From NCBI GenBank assembly GCA_965117015.1, contig OZ220747.1:1931069-1995068 (forward strand): 64,000 bases of DNA, in the 5' to 3' direction. The stretch comes from Acidimicrobiales bacterium. GTDB taxonomy: Bacteria; Actinomycetota; Acidimicrobiia; Acidimicrobiales; Aldehydirespiratoraceae. A program made the translations under genes and the position numbers. A model generated the notes under the pieces. It saw only the letters and a program-made list of their open reading frames with translations, made no database searches and was not told the DNA's origin. Shown here piece after piece: positions 1-11,444 of this stretch (position 1 is the stretch's first letter; every line of letters starts with the position of its first letter).

Positions 1-546
1 GGCGTGCCTGCCGGCATCGTGCACGCCGCCAACTCGGCCGGGCTGCTGGCCCATCCCGACGCGCACCGAGACATGGTCCGGGCCGGCATCGCCGTCTACG
101 GCGTCCCTCCCTCGCCGGAGCTCGAGGGTGCCATCGAGCTGGAACCGGCGCTCGAGCTGGTGTCGCGGATCACGGCGGTTCGAACTGTCGCGCCCGGCGA
201 GACCGTGTCGTACGGGAGGCATTGGCGAGCCGACGAGCCGACGCGCGTCGCCACGGTCGCCATTGGCTACGCCGACGGCATCAGGCGCGACAGTGGAGCG
301 GCCGGTGTGGAGGTACTGGTGCGGGGCCGCAGGTGCCCGATCGTGGGCGCGGTGACCATGGACCAGCTCATGGTCGCTCTCCCGCCGGCCATTGCCGACG
401 AGGCAACCATGGGCGACGAAGCGGTGCTCATCGGTCGCCAGGGCAGCGACGAGATCACCGCCACCGAGGTGGCTCAGCGGCTCGGCACCATCGCCTACGA
501 GGTTCTAACCTCCATCTCGGCCCGGGTGCCCCGAGTGGCCGTGTAG
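1..546 (+). CDS. alr: alanine racemase, C-terminal part (5' end outside window)
   Basis: Frame is open from base 1 (track ORF 4..546). It carries C-terminal alanine-racemase motifs (AGIAVYG, VSYG..W, RVATVAIGYADG, PIVGAVTMDQLMV). The alr-tsaEBD-groES-groEL neighbourhood is typical of actinobacteria. Confidence 0.85.
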   Translation, partial: GVPAGIVHAANSAGLLAHPDAHRDMVRAGIAVYGVPPSPELEGAIELEPALELVSRITAVRTVAPGETVSYGRHWRADEPTRVATVAIGYADGIRRDSGAAGVEVLVRGRRCPIVGAVTMDQLMVALPPAIADEATMGDEAVLIGRQGSDEITATEVAQRLGTIAYEVLTSISARVPRVAV

Positions 547-554
547 GTTCGTCC

Positions 555-1436
555 GTGCCGGTTGACCTGCAGATCCCCGGAGTGGAGATCGGTCATTGGA
601 CTGATCCGGTAGCCCGCACCGGGTGCACTGTGATCGTCCTGCCGCCCGGCACGACGGCCTCCGGCGAGGTCCGTGGCGGCGCTCCCGCCACTCGCGACTT
701 CGCGCTGCTGGCACCCGAACGGCTCGTCGAGCACGTAGATGCGGTGGTGCTCACCGGTGGTTCGGCCTTCGGGCTGGCCGCCGCCGACGGTGTGATGGAG
801 GTCCTGGAGGCCGAGGGCCGGGGGTTCGACACCCCCCACGGCCCGGTGCCCATCGTGGTGGCCATGGCTCTGTACGACCTGGGTGTGGGGAACTCGGCCG
901 TCCGCCCGGACGCGGCCGCCGGTCGGCACGCGGCCACGAACCGGGCTGCCGCGTCGGAGACCGGCACGGTCGGAGCCGGCACCGGGGCCACCGTTTCCAA
1001 ATGGCTCGGTGCCCGCAGCGCCGAGCCCGGCGGGCTCGGGATCGCCTCCGCGCGCCGCGATGAGCTGGTCGTCAGCGCGGTCGTGGCCCTCAACGCGGCT
1101 GGCAGCCCGCCCCCCGAGTCGCAGCAGATACTGGAGCAGGTCGCGGCCGGAACGTTCGAGCGGTGGGAGGGCCGGGCCCAGCCATTCGCCAATACAACAC
1201 TGTGCGCGGTGGTCAGCAACGCGTCGCTGACCAAGCTCGACTGTTTCTGGGTGGCCCAGGGGGGCCACGACGGGCTGGCCCGGACCCTCGTGCCGGCCCA
1301 CTCGCGGTCCGACGGCGATGCTGTGGTGGTCGCAGCCACGGGGGGAGTGGCCGCCGACGTTGACGACGTGCGGCTCCTGGCGGTGGCCGCAGTGGCCAAG
1401 GCTGTGGGCAGCGCCGTCGGTACGATTGAGGGGTGA
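555..1436 (+). CDS. P1 family peptidase (DmpA/S58 aminopeptidase-like)
   Basis: C-terminal 293 aa of track ORF 222..1436. An in-frame GTG at 555 lies just after the alr stop. The N-terminus IPGVEIGHWTDPVARTGCTVIVLP and the GGSAFGL motif are typical of DmpA/P1 peptidases. The upstream part of the ORF overlaps alr and is Arg/Gly-rich junk. Confidence 0.75.
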   Translation: MPVDLQIPGVEIGHWTDPVARTGCTVIVLPPGTTASGEVRGGAPATRDFALLAPERLVEHVDAVVLTGGSAFGLAAADGVMEVLEAEGRGFDTPHGPVPIVVAMALYDLGVGNSAVRPDAAAGRHAATNRAAASETGTVGAGTGATVSKWLGARSAEPGGLGIASARRDELVVSAVVALNAAGSPPPESQQILEQVAAGTFERWEGRAQPFANTTLCAVVSNASLTKLDCFWVAQGGHDGLARTLVPAHSRSDGDAVVVAATGGVAADVDDVRLLAVAAVAKAVGSAVGTIEG

Positions 1437-1472
1437 GAACGCTCCCCTCCGCTGCCCTCACGACAGGCTTGG

Positions 1473-1955
1473 ATGATCGCGTGTAGCACGGCCGCCGTCG
1501 ACGAGACGAGAACCCTCGGCGGGGCCGTCGCGGAGGTGGTGGACACCGGAGACGTGCTGGTGCTCGTCGGCGACCTCGGCGCGGGCAAGACCGCCTTCGT
1601 GCAGGGCTTCGCGACCGCCCTGGGCGTGACCGCCCCCGTCACCAGCCCCACCTTCACATTGGCCAACCGGTACGAGGGCCGCCTAGTGGTCAACCATCTG
1701 GACGTATATCGCTTCGACTGTCCGGAAGAGGTCAACGACCTCGCCCTCCCCGAACTCCTCGACGACGGAGTGACCCTCGTGGAATGGGGCGACACCATCT
1801 CGTCGGCACTTGGCGCCGAGCACCTGTCGGTCACGATCCGCTTCGGCGCGGGCGACAACGACCGCAGCTTCGAGCTGCGCGGCCACGGCGAGTCGTGGCT
1901 GCGCCGCGCCGACCGGTTGCGCGCCGCCCTCGAGCCCTGGGCCTCGCCGTGCTGA
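1473..1955 (+). CDS. tsaE: tRNA t6A37 biosynthesis ATPase TsaE
   Basis: 160 aa with the P-loop GDLGAGKT and the SPTFTL and HLDVYR motifs. It lies upstream of tsaB/tsaD. Confidence 0.85.
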   Translation: MIACSTAAVDETRTLGGAVAEVVDTGDVLVLVGDLGAGKTAFVQGFATALGVTAPVTSPTFTLANRYEGRLVVNHLDVYRFDCPEEVNDLALPELLDDGVTLVEWGDTISSALGAEHLSVTIRFGAGDNDRSFELRGHGESWLRRADRLRAALEPWASPC

Positions 1956-2638
1956 TACTCGGGATCGAGTCGGCCACCGGTCGTGTCGGTTGCGCCATCG
2001 GAGGCCACGAGGGCGTGCGCGCCTCGGTTCAGGCCACCCGCGAGCGCCGCCATGCCGAGCTGCTCGCTCCCCAGATCGAGGCGGCCTGCGCCAATGCCGG
2101 CGTCTCGCTGCGAGACCTAGGCGCGGTCGCGGTCGACGTCGGCCCGGGCCTCTACACGGGTCTACGGGTGGGGGTGACCACCGCCATAACCATGGCGCAC
2201 GCCTTGAGGGTGCCCGCGATCGCGGTCAGCAGCCTCGATCTGGTCGCCTACCCGCTGCGCCACGCGGGGCGCACCATCACCGTGATGATCGACGCCCGCC
2301 GCGGCGAGGTGTTCCACGCCCGGTACGGCTGCCTTCCCGGAGGGGTCCAGCGACTGAGCGACCCGGAGGTCGGCGCCCCCGACCATGTCGTGTCCCAGAT
2401 CCTGGCCAGTGACGAAGAGACGCTCGTGGTGGGGGACGGGGCGGTGCTCTACGCCTCGATGCTTGATCCGCTGCGCGGCGTCGAGCTGGCCGACCCGGGC
2501 TTCGCCCACCCCTCGGCCGAGTCGCTGGTGCTGCTGGCCCACGCTCTGGCCATGCGGGAAGAGTTCGTACGACCCGACGAGATCCGGCCCCTCTACCTGC
2601 GCCGCCCCGACGCGCAGGTCCCGAGGCCGACCCGATAG
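1949..2638 (+). CDS. tsaB: tRNA t6A37 biosynthesis protein TsaB
   Basis: In-frame GTG at 1949 within track ORF 1784..2638, overlapping the tsaE stop (GTGCTGA). The N-terminus is VLILGIESATGRVGCAI. No rimI lies between tsaB and tsaD here. Confidence 0.8.
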   Translation: MLILGIESATGRVGCAIGGHEGVRASVQATRERRHAELLAPQIEAACANAGVSLRDLGAVAVDVGPGLYTGLRVGVTTAITMAHALRVPAIAVSSLDLVAYPLRHAGRTITVMIDARRGEVFHARYGCLPGGVQRLSDPEVGAPDHVVSQILASDEETLVVGDGAVLYASMLDPLRGVELADPGFAHPSAESLVLLAHALAMREEFVRPDEIRPLYLRRPDAQVPRPTR

Positions 2639-2645
2639 GAGGACG

Positions 2646-3680
2646 ATGCAGAACGGAGCGGGCAACGGAGCGAGGCATCGAGGCGATGCGATTCTGGGCA
2701 TCGAGACCTCCTGCGACGAGACAGCCGCGGCGGTCGTGGCCGGCGGGCAGCAGGTTCTCTCGTCGGTGGTGTCCAGCCAGGTGGACCTGCATGCCCGCTA
2801 CGGCGGGGTCGTTCCCGAGGTCGCGGGACGGGCCCACGTCGAGCGGCTGGTGCCGGTGATGTCGCAGGCGCTGGTGGAGTCGGCGCTGGAGGACTCCGAC
2901 ATTGCGGCGGTGGCGGCCACGGCCGGTCCGGGACTGGTGGGGGCGCTGCTGGTCGGCGTGTCGGCGGCCAAGGCGCTGGCGCTGGCGTGGGACGTCCCCT
3001 TCGTGGCTGTCAACCATCTGGAGGCCCATCTCCACGCGGCCTTCCTCGACGAGCCGAGCCTGGAGCTGCCCGTGGTGGTGATCCTCGTGTCCGGCGGCCA
3101 CACCATGCTGGTGCTGATGGAGGACCGTCTGCGCTACCGCGTGCTCGGCGCAACCCTCGATGACGCCGCGGGGGAGGCTTTCGACAAGGTGGCCCGCTAC
3201 ATGGGCCTCGGCTATCCGGGCGGCCCGGTGATCGACCGGCTCAGCGAGCAGGGGGACCGCGACGCCATCGCCTTTCCCCGGGCGATGCTGCACGACGGCT
3301 GGAACTTCTCCTTCAGCGGGTTGAAGACCGCGGTCATCAACTACCTGAGGCGCCATCCCGACTCCTCGATCGAAGATGTGGCCGCGTCGTTCCAGGAGGC
3401 CGTGGCGGACGTGCTGCTGGCCAAGGCCCGCCGGGCTGCGGTCGCCCACAACGCCCGGGGCCTGTGCCTGGCCGGAGGGGTGGCGGCCAACAGCCGGCTG
3501 CGCGAGATGACGCTCGACGCCTGCACGGCCGACGGGCTGGCCGCATACCTGCCGAGCCGGGCCATGTGCACCGACAACGCCGCCATGGTGGCGGCCGCGG
3601 GATGGTGGCGATTGCAGGCCGACGGGCCCTCCCCGCTCACCGTGGGCGCCGACCCTTCGCTGGGCCTTCCGGAGGACTGA
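2646..3680 (+). CDS. tsaD: tRNA N6-adenosine threonylcarbamoyltransferase TsaD
   Basis: In-frame ATG at 2646 in track ORF 2385..3680. It carries ILGIETSCDETAAAVV and VLVSGGHT motifs. 344 aa. Confidence 0.9.
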   Translation: MQNGAGNGARHRGDAILGIETSCDETAAAVVAGGQQVLSSVVSSQVDLHARYGGVVPEVAGRAHVERLVPVMSQALVESALEDSDIAAVAATAGPGLVGALLVGVSAAKALALAWDVPFVAVNHLEAHLHAAFLDEPSLELPVVVILVSGGHTMLVLMEDRLRYRVLGATLDDAAGEAFDKVARYMGLGYPGGPVIDRLSEQGDRDAIAFPRAMLHDGWNFSFSGLKTAVINYLRRHPDSSIEDVAASFQEAVADVLLAKARRAAVAHNARGLCLAGGVAANSRLREMTLDACTADGLAAYLPSRAMCTDNAAMVAAAGWWRLQADGPSPLTVGADPSLGLPED

Positions 3681-3726
3681 AACCCCGACTCCCGCGCGTT
3701 GTGGCACCCGTTGGCGGGCCGTATCG

Positions 3727-3753
3727 TTGGCACTCGTCACGGGAGAGTGCCAA
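3727..3753. promoter_or_regulatory. CIRCE element (HrcA operator) upstream of groES
   Basis: Perfect inverted repeat TTGGCACTC-N9-GAGTGCCAA. The consensus is TTAGCACTC-N9-GAGTGCTAA. It ends 48 nt upstream of the groES ATG. Confidence 0.85.
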
Positions 3754-3800
3754 CGCCCGTGTCCAGTCCAAGAATCAGAAACCCGAGTCCGGGAGGACAC

Positions 3801-5746
<1,946 letters not shown>

Positions 5747-5770
5747 CCGTTCGCCTCCCGCGAACATTCA

Positions 5771-5800
5771 CAGGAGCCCGGGCCCAGACCCGGGCTCCTG
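5771..5800. terminator. stem-loop between convergent groEL and vapC (putative bidirectional terminator)
   Basis: Perfect 12-bp stem CAGGAGCCCGGG / CCCGGGCTCCTG with a 6-nt loop, 25 nt after the groEL stop. There is no U-tract. Confidence 0.6.
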
Positions 5801-5827
5801 CGCGTCCGGGCTCCGCGTTCGACTAGT

Positions 5828-6220
5828 TCAGCCGGAGCGCAGGACTTGGATCTTGCAGCGCGGACCGGCTGCTCGGGCCAGCCGGGTGTCGGCGGTGAGG
5901 AGGGGGCAGCCCAGGGACTCGGCCAAGGCGACGTACACGGCGTCGTAGACGGTCACGGTGGAGCGGAGTTCGTACGCCCGTTGCAGCATCGGCAAAGCCG
6001 GGTACCGCTGGAACGGCAGATCAGCCAGGGTCGCCAGGGCCGTGGCGAGGCGCTCGTCCGTGAGACTCGTCGCGATCCAGCGCTTGCGGAGCACTGCCGC
6101 CGTCTCGACATCGGCCACGTCCGGCAACGAGACCCCCTCTGCGCGGCTCACCGCAGCCCGGGCGACGCGACCGGCTCGCCCGTCCTCGGCGAGAAAGTTG
6201 GCCAGTACAGAGGCGTCCAC
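5828..6220 (-). CDS. vapC: PIN-domain ribonuclease toxin, VapC family
   Basis: 130 aa with an N-terminal acidic DASVL motif and a later TADTRLARAA segment. It sits 5 nt downstream of a small RHH antitoxin gene. Confidence 0.8.
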   Translation of the reverse strand: MDASVLANFLAEDGRAGRVARAAVSRAEGVSLPDVADVETAAVLRKRWIATSLTDERLATALATLADLPFQRYPALPMLQRAYELRSTVTVYDAVYVALAESLGCPLLTADTRLARAAGPRCKIQVLRSG

Positions 6221-6225
6221 GACGA

Positions 6226-6519
6226 TCAGTGCCGTGGTCCTCCGTCTTCGTGTGCGGCCAACGCCTCGAATCTCTCATCCAGGACCTGGTCGCGTTCGGT
6301 TCTGATGTCGTCGAGGTCGGAGACCGCCTGCGCGAATCCGACACGGCCGCCGGTGTTCTGCTCGATCCGGGCGATGATCTCATCGAGGGTCGGAGTCTCG
6401 GCCAGCCTGGCCAACTCGGACGACAGGTAGCGCTGAAGGGAGGTGCCGCTGGCTTCTGCCCGCTGGGTGAGTTTGCGATGAACATCGTCGGGGACGTTCC
6501 TGACGAGCACGTGAGGCAT
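6226..6519 (-). CDS. vapB: ribbon-helix-helix antitoxin (VapB/FitA-like)
   Basis: Internal ATG at 6519 of track ORF 6226..6555 gives MPHVLVRNVPDDVHRKLTQRAEASGTSLQRYL, a typical RHH N-terminus. The promoter geometry supports this start. Confidence 0.7.
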   Translation of the reverse strand: MPHVLVRNVPDDVHRKLTQRAEASGTSLQRYLSSELARLAETPTLDEIIARIEQNTGGRVGFAQAVSDLDDIRTERDQVLDERFEALAAHEDGGPRH

Positions 6520-6525
6520 GCTTAC

Positions 6526-6555
6526 ATTATGCAAGCACAAGCGCGGTGTTGGCAA
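6526..6555 (-). promoter_or_regulatory. putative sigma-70-type promoter giving a leaderless vapBC mRNA
   Basis: On the minus strand: TTGCCA (6555-6550), an 18-nt spacer, CATAAT (6531-6526), then 6 nt to the vapB ATG (6519). It overlaps the imperfect palindrome GCTTACATTATGCAAGC (6520-6536). Confidence 0.45.
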
Positions 6556-6590
6556 CTCTCGACCCTGGATGGCGCCGGTAGCCTCTCGGG

Positions 6591-6758
6591 ATGGATCGCC
6601 CGGCGCCTGACCCGCGCAAGCTGCTGGACCACTGGGAAGAGTGGGAGCGGGGCGAGACGCCGCCGGGCCGGGTCATGAGCGACCTCAAGACCGGAGGGCT
6701 GCGGGAAATACTCCAGGACCTGGCCGCGGCCGCGGCCGGCGACGGGGAAGGGTCCTGA
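6591..6758 (+). CDS. possible small protein (55 aa), unknown function
   Basis: ATG..TGA ORF below the track cutoff: MDRPAPDPRKLLDHWEEWERGETPPGRVMSDLKTGGLREILQDLAAAAAGDGEGS. It has mostly G/C third positions like the flanking genes and fills the gap between vapB and the NUDIX gene. No recognisable family. Confidence 0.3.
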   Translation: MDRPAPDPRKLLDHWEEWERGETPPGRVMSDLKTGGLREILQDLAAAAAGDGEGS

Positions 6759-6856
6759 CCGACTCGACCGCATCGACCGCGGCGGTGTTCGACCCGCCGC
6801 CGGCTCCTGCCGGCAGGGGCGGATCCCAGCACATCCCCCGCCCGGCCAGTGCCCGG

Positions 6857-7504
6857 ATGGGCGGACCGCCGCCTTGGGCCGGGCTTCCGGAGCAGCGACG
6901 CCGCCCCAGCCTGGAACAGGTGCTGGAGACGGTTGTCGCCACCCGACCCCGGCTTCTCCCCTCGCCGGCGACAGTGCCACCAGGGTCGGCGCCATCAGGC
7001 GTGCTGGTGCTGCTCTATGAGCATGAGAGCGAGCCGTGGGTGGTGCTCACCCGGCGGGCCTGGCATCTGCGCCACCACGCCGGCGAAGTGTCGTTCCCCG
7101 GCGGCAGGCGCGAGCCGGGCGATGCCGACCTCTGGGCCACCGCCCTGCGGGAGGCGACTGAGGAGACCGGGCTGAGCCCCGACACCGTGCGCCACGTCGG
7201 CCAGCTCGACCGTTTCGTCACCGTCGGGTCGCGCTCGCTGGTGTGCCCGTTCGTAGCCACCGTGAAGGGGCGTCCAGACTTGGTGCCCGACCCGGCCGAG
7301 GTGGATCAAGTGCTCCACGTGCCTCTGTCGGAGTTGACCGACCCCGAAACCTGGCGCGAGGAGGTCTGGTTGTTGGATGCAGCCCTCGGAGGCGAGCGCA
7401 CCATGACGTTCTTCGAACTCCATGGCGACACTGTCTGGGGGGCTACCGCGGCTGTACTGCGTCGACTCCTCTCGATCACGGTCATGGGGGCGACTGCCGG
7501 GTAG
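6857..7504 (+). CDS. NUDIX hydrolase (CoA pyrophosphatase-like)
   Basis: Nudix box GGRREPGDADLWATALREATEETGL in track ORF 6641..7504. The start is uncertain: ATG at 6857 is chosen, and an in-frame GTG at 6785 is also possible. Confidence 0.7.
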   Translation: MGGPPPWAGLPEQRRRPSLEQVLETVVATRPRLLPSPATVPPGSAPSGVLVLLYEHESEPWVVLTRRAWHLRHHAGEVSFPGGRREPGDADLWATALREATEETGLSPDTVRHVGQLDRFVTVGSRSLVCPFVATVKGRPDLVPDPAEVDQVLHVPLSELTDPETWREEVWLLDAALGGERTMTFFELHGDTVWGATAAVLRRLLSITVMGATAG

Positions 7505-7598
7505 GCTCGTCCGGTGCCCGGCTTCCGGCGCCTCTGTTTCTTGGTGCCCAGCCCTACGAGCGAACCCGTACGAAGGTCGCAGTGCCCGGGGGGCTTCG

Positions 7599-8708
7599 AT
7601 GGCTGAAGTCGAGATCGGGCTGGGCAAGTCCGGTCGCCGCGCCTACCGGCTCGACGAGATGGCCATCATCCCCAGCCGGCGGACCCGCGACCTGGAGGAC
7701 GTGGACATCTCCTGGCAGATCGACGCCTACCGCTTCGACATCCCGGTCCTGGCGGCCTCCACCGACAGCGTGACCAGCCCGGCCACCGCCGTGCGGATGG
7801 GCGAACTGGGGGGAGTCGGGGTGCTCGACCTGGAAGGCATCTGGACCCGCTGCGAGGACCCCGCGGCCGATCTGGCCGAGCTGTCCACCGCGCCGTTGGA
7901 CGCGGCTACAGCCCGCCTGCGCGAGCTGTACGCCCGGCCCGTCCAGCCGGAACTGGTGGCCGCCCGCATCGCCGAGATCGCGGAGGCCGGGGTGCGCACC
8001 GCCGGTCGGGTGCGGCCTCAGCGAGCCGAGAAACTCGCGCCCCACGCCATCGCCGCCGACATCAATCTGCTGGTGATCTCAGGCACGATCGTCTCGGCCG
8101 AGCACGTCTCCTCCGCGGGCGACCCGCTCAACCTCAAGACGTTCATCCGGCGCATGCAGACGCCGGTCATCGTCGGCGGGTGCGTGAGCTACCAGGCTGC
8201 CCTGCACCTGATGCGCACCGGCGCGGCCGGCGTGCTGGTGGGGGCGGGCTCCGGGCACGTGGGAACCACCCGCCACGTGCTCGGCCTCGACGCTCCGCAG
8301 GCCACAGCCATCGCCGACGCTCGGGCGGCCCGCATGCGCCACCTCGACGAGACCGGCGTGTACTGCCATGTGATCGCCGACGGCACGATGAGCACCGCGG
8401 GCGACATCGCCAAGGCGATCGTATGCGGCGCCGACGCGGCCATGGTCGGCCTCCCGCTGGCGTCAGCCTCGGACTCGCCGTGCCCGGGCCGGCACTGGGA
8501 CCTCTCGGCGGGCCATGCGACGCTGCCCCGGGGACGCATCATGGATGTCGAGCCGCGGGGCACGCTCGCGGAAGTCCTCCACGGCCCCGCTCTCGGGCCC
8601 GACGGCACCACCAACCTGATGGGTGGGCTGCGCACCTCCATGGCCAAGTGCGGCTACACCGACGTGAAGGACTTCCAGCGGGCCGCCGTCGCCATAGTCT
8701 CGCCGTGA
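7599..8708 (+). CDS. guaB3: GuaB3 family IMP dehydrogenase-related protein
   Basis: ATG at 7599 inside track ORF 7422..8708. The N-terminus is [31 protein letters not shown]. 369 aa, and there is no CBS pair. Its stop overlaps the guaA start (GTGA). Confidence 0.85.
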   Translation: MAEVEIGLGKSGRRAYRLDEMAIIPSRRTRDLEDVDISWQIDAYRFDIPVLAASTDSVTSPATAVRMGELGGVGVLDLEGIWTRCEDPAADLAELSTAPLDAATARLRELYARPVQPELVAARIAEIAEAGVRTAGRVRPQRAEKLAPHAIAADINLLVISGTIVSAEHVSSAGDPLNLKTFIRRMQTPVIVGGCVSYQAALHLMRTGAAGVLVGAGSGHVGTTRHVLGLDAPQATAIADARAARMRHLDETGVYCHVIADGTMSTAGDIAKAIVCGADAAMVGLPLASASDSPCPGRHWDLSAGHATLPRGRIMDVEPRGTLAEVLHGPALGPDGTTNLMGGLRTSMAKCGYTDVKDFQRAAVAIVSP

Positions 8709-10270
8709 TCGAGGCCGCGCCGGGCCCTGGCGGTGCCTTCGACACAGTCCTGGTGGTGGACTTCGGGGCCCAGTACGCGCAGCTGATCGCCCGGCGGGTG
8801 CGCGAGTGCGAGGTGTACAGCGAGATCGTGCCCGCGGCGGTCACCGCGGCCGAGATGGCGGCCCGCCGGCCCGCCGGTGTGATCCTCAGCGGTGGACCGG
8901 CCTCGGTGCACGTGGAGGGCGCGCCGACTCTCGACCCCGCCGTCTACGACCTCGGTGTGCCGATCCTCGGCATCTGCTACGGGGCCCAGTTGATAGCCGA
9001 GCAGTTGGGCGGCTCGGTCGGCCCCAACCAGCGGGGCGAGTACGGCCGGGCCGAGATGACGGTGACCGGCGACGGCGGCCTCCTGCTGGCCGGACTGCCC
9101 TCAACCCAGCCGGTTTGGATGAGCCACTTCGACGCCATTGCCGAGCCGCCGCCAGGCGCAATGGTCACTGCGGCGACCGAGGCTTCGCCGGTAGCCGCGT
9201 TCGAGAACCTCGAGCGGGGACTGTTCGGGGTGCAGTTCCATCCCGAGGTTGAGCACACCGCCCATGGCCACGACGTGATGGAGCGCTTCCTGCGACGGGC
9301 GTGCGGCGCCGGTCCGAGCTGGTCGATGCACTCGATCATCGACGCCGCGGTGGCATCTGTCCAGAACCAGGTTGGCGATGGCCGGGCCATCTGCGGCCTG
9401 TCGGGGGGCGTGGACTCCGCGGTGGCCGCCGCGCTGGTGCACCACGCCATCGGCGCCCGGTTGACGTGCGTGCTGGTCGACACCGGTCTGCTGCGCGAGG
9501 GCGAGGCCGACCAGGTGGAGGAGACCTTCGGCCGTCATTTCGGGGTGGATCTCGTCCGCCTTGACGCGGCCGCGGAGTTCTTCTCCGCACTGGAAGGCGT
9601 CACCGAGCCCGAGGCCAAGCGGAAGGTGGTCGGCGAGCAGTTCATCCGGGCCTTCGAGCGAGCCCGCAACCGCGTCGCCGACGCTGCGTTCCTGGTGCAG
9701 GGGACGCTGTATCCCGACGTGATCGAGTCGGGCGCCACCACCCACTCGTCCACCATCAAGAGCCATCACAACGTGGGCGGCCTGCCCGACGACCTGGACT
9801 TCGAGCTGGTCGAGCCGCTGCGATCGCTGTTCAAGGACGAGGTGAGGGCGGTGGGGGCCGAACTCGGCCTGCCCGACGAGATCGTGCATCGCCAGCCCTT
9901 CCCCGGTCCGGGTCTGGCCGTCCGCATCATCGGGGAGGTGAACCCGGAGGCGGCCGACACCCTCCGCCACGCCGATGCCATCGTGCGGGAGGAATTGCGG
10001 GCCGCCGGCCTGGAGCGTGAGATATGGCAGTCGTTCGCGGTGCTGCCCGACATCCGCACGGTCGGCGTGATGGGCGACGAGCGCACCTACGGGCGGCCGG
10101 TGGTGATCCGGGCGGTCACCAGCTCCGATGCCATGACCGCCGACTGGGCCCGCCTGCCCCACGATGTGCTGGAGGCCATGAGCAGCCGGGTCATCGCCGA
10201 GGTCGATGGCGTGAACCGGGTGGTCTACGACATCACCTCCAAGCCCCCCGCCACCATCGAATGGGAGTGA
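8705..10270 (+). CDS. guaA: glutamine-hydrolysing GMP synthase
   Basis: In-frame GTG at 8705 in track ORF 8180..10270. GATase domain (ICYGAQL, FHPE) plus ATP-PPase SGGVDS motif. The C-terminus is KPPATIEWE. Confidence 0.95.
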   Translation: MIEAAPGPGGAFDTVLVVDFGAQYAQLIARRVRECEVYSEIVPAAVTAAEMAARRPAGVILSGGPASVHVEGAPTLDPAVYDLGVPILGICYGAQLIAEQLGGSVGPNQRGEYGRAEMTVTGDGGLLLAGLPSTQPVWMSHFDAIAEPPPGAMVTAATEASPVAAFENLERGLFGVQFHPEVEHTAHGHDVMERFLRRACGAGPSWSMHSIIDAAVASVQNQVGDGRAICGLSGGVDSAVAAALVHHAIGARLTCVLVDTGLLREGEADQVEETFGRHFGVDLVRLDAAAEFFSALEGVTEPEAKRKVVGEQFIRAFERARNRVADAAFLVQGTLYPDVIESGATTHSSTIKSHHNVGGLPDDLDFELVEPLRSLFKDEVRAVGAELGLPDEIVHRQPFPGPGLAVRIIGEVNPEAADTLRHADAIVREELRAAGLEREIWQSFAVLPDIRTVGVMGDERTYGRPVVIRAVTSSDAMTADWARLPHDVLEAMSSRVIAEVDGVNRVVYDITSKPPATIEWE

Positions 10271-10295
10271 CCCGGGCCGGGCCCGGCTGCGAGCG

Positions 10296-11444
10296 CTAGG
10301 CCAGCGCCTGGTCGAGGTCGGCGAGAAGGTCGTCGATGGTCTCGATGCCCACCGACAGGCGGATCAGGCCGGGATCGACGGCCAGGGGCGAATCGGCCAC
10401 CGACAGGTGGGTCATGGTGGACGGCTGCTCGATGAGCGACTCCACCGCGCCCAGCGACTCGGCCAGTTGAAAGACCCGGGTGGAGCCGACCGCGGCCACC
10501 GCGGCCGCCTCACCGCCGGTAAGGATGCACGACACCATCCCCCCGAAGCCGCGCATCTGGCGCGCCGCCAAGTCATGGCCCGGATGGTCCGCGAGGCCCG
10601 GGTACAGCACGCGGGCGACCCTGGGATGGCCGGTCAGGTACCCGGCCACCGCCTGGGCGTTGGCGCAGTGGCGGTCCATGCGGACGCCCAGGGTCTTGAC
10701 GCCCCTGAGCAGCAGGTAGCAGTCGAACGGGCTGGGCACCGCGCCCGCCGCGTTCTGGACGAAGGCCAGCTGCTCGGCCAGCTGATCGTCGTTCACGGCG
10801 ACGAAGCCGCCGACCACGTCGGAGTGGCCGCCCAAGTACTTGGTGCTGGAGTGGACTACGACATCGGCGCCCAACGCCAGCGGGTTCTGCAGGTAGGGGG
10901 TGGCGAAGGTGTTGTCCACGATCACTGCGGCTCCCGCGGCCCGGGCCGTGGAAGCCACGGCGGCTATGTCGACCACGGCCAGCATGGGGTTGGTCGGCGT
11001 CTCGACCCACACCTGCCGGGTCTCGGGCCGGAGCGCGCCGGCAAGAGCCGCGGGGTCGGTCAGGTCCGCGGCCGACCACGCGATGCCCCGCTCGCCGTAG
11101 ATCCGGGTGATCAGCCGGAACGTCCCCCCGTAGGCGTCGAGACCGAGCACGACGTGGTCGCCGGGGCGCAGCAGGCCGACCAGCGCGTCCTCGGCAGCCA
11201 TGCCGCTGGCGAACGCGAAACCGTGGCGGGCCCCCTCCAGGCCGGCCACGCTGCGCTCCAGCGCGGCTCGGGTCGGGTTGGAGGTGCGGGAGTACTCGTA
11301 GCCCCGGTGCTGTCCCGGAGCGGATTGGACGAAGGTGGTGGCCAGGTGGATGGGCACGGTGATGGCGCCCGTGGTCTCGTCGGGCTCCTGGCCGACGTGG
11401 ACGGCCCGGGTCTCGAAACCCCAGGCATCCTCGCGGCCGCTCAC
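10296..11444 (-). CDS. Cys/Met-metabolism PLP enzyme (cystathionine gamma-lyase/gamma-synthase)
   Basis: 382 aa with STKYLGGHSD (PLP lysine motif). Its GTG start overlaps the stop of the upstream CBS gene (GTGA), suggesting a reverse-transsulfuration pair. Confidence 0.85.
   Translation of the reverse strand: MSGREDAWGFETRAVHVGQEPDETTGAITVPIHLATTFVQSAPGQHRGYEYSRTSNPTRAALERSVAGLEGARHGFAFASGMAAEDALVGLLRPGDHVVLGLDAYGGTFRLITRIYGERGIAWSAADLTDPAALAGALRPETRQVWVETPTNPMLAVVDIAAVASTARAAGAAVIVDNTFATPYLQNPLALGADVVVHSSTKYLGGHSDVVGGFVAVNDDQLAEQLAFVQNAAGAVPSPFDCYLLLRGVKTLGVRMDRHCANAQAVAGYLTGHPRVARVLYPGLADHPGHDLAARQMRGFGGMVSCILTGGEAAAVAAVGSTRVFQLAESLGAVESLIEQPSTMTHLSVADSPLAVDPGLIRLSVGIETIDDLLADLDQALA

Noticed and set aside
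170-190. GGTTCGAA (T-loop-like) string suggesting a tRNA
   Set aside because: It lies inside the alr coding frame. No acceptor or anticodon stems can be drawn around it.
593-2053. 486-aa minus-strand ORF, and many similar long ORFs (e.g. 4001-5767, 15225-17477, 18833-20059, 36193-37446, 44075-45463, 48445-49914, 56255-57436)
   Set aside because: Each lies antisense to, or out of frame with, a gene that has clear family motifs. Their translations are Arg/Gly/Pro/Ala-rich low-complexity strings, which is typical of spurious open frames in high-GC DNA.
1955-2646. Absence of rimI between tsaB and tsaD, and absence of guaB next to guaB3, as evidence of a novel arrangement
   Set aside because: Gene order in these operons varies among actinobacteria. 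The missing genes can be encoded elsewhere, so this is not informative without the whole genome.
10271-10290. CCCGGGCCGGGCCCGG GC-palindrome after guaA as a terminator
   Set aside because: Any hairpin would have a loop of 1-2 nt, so it is sterically implausible.
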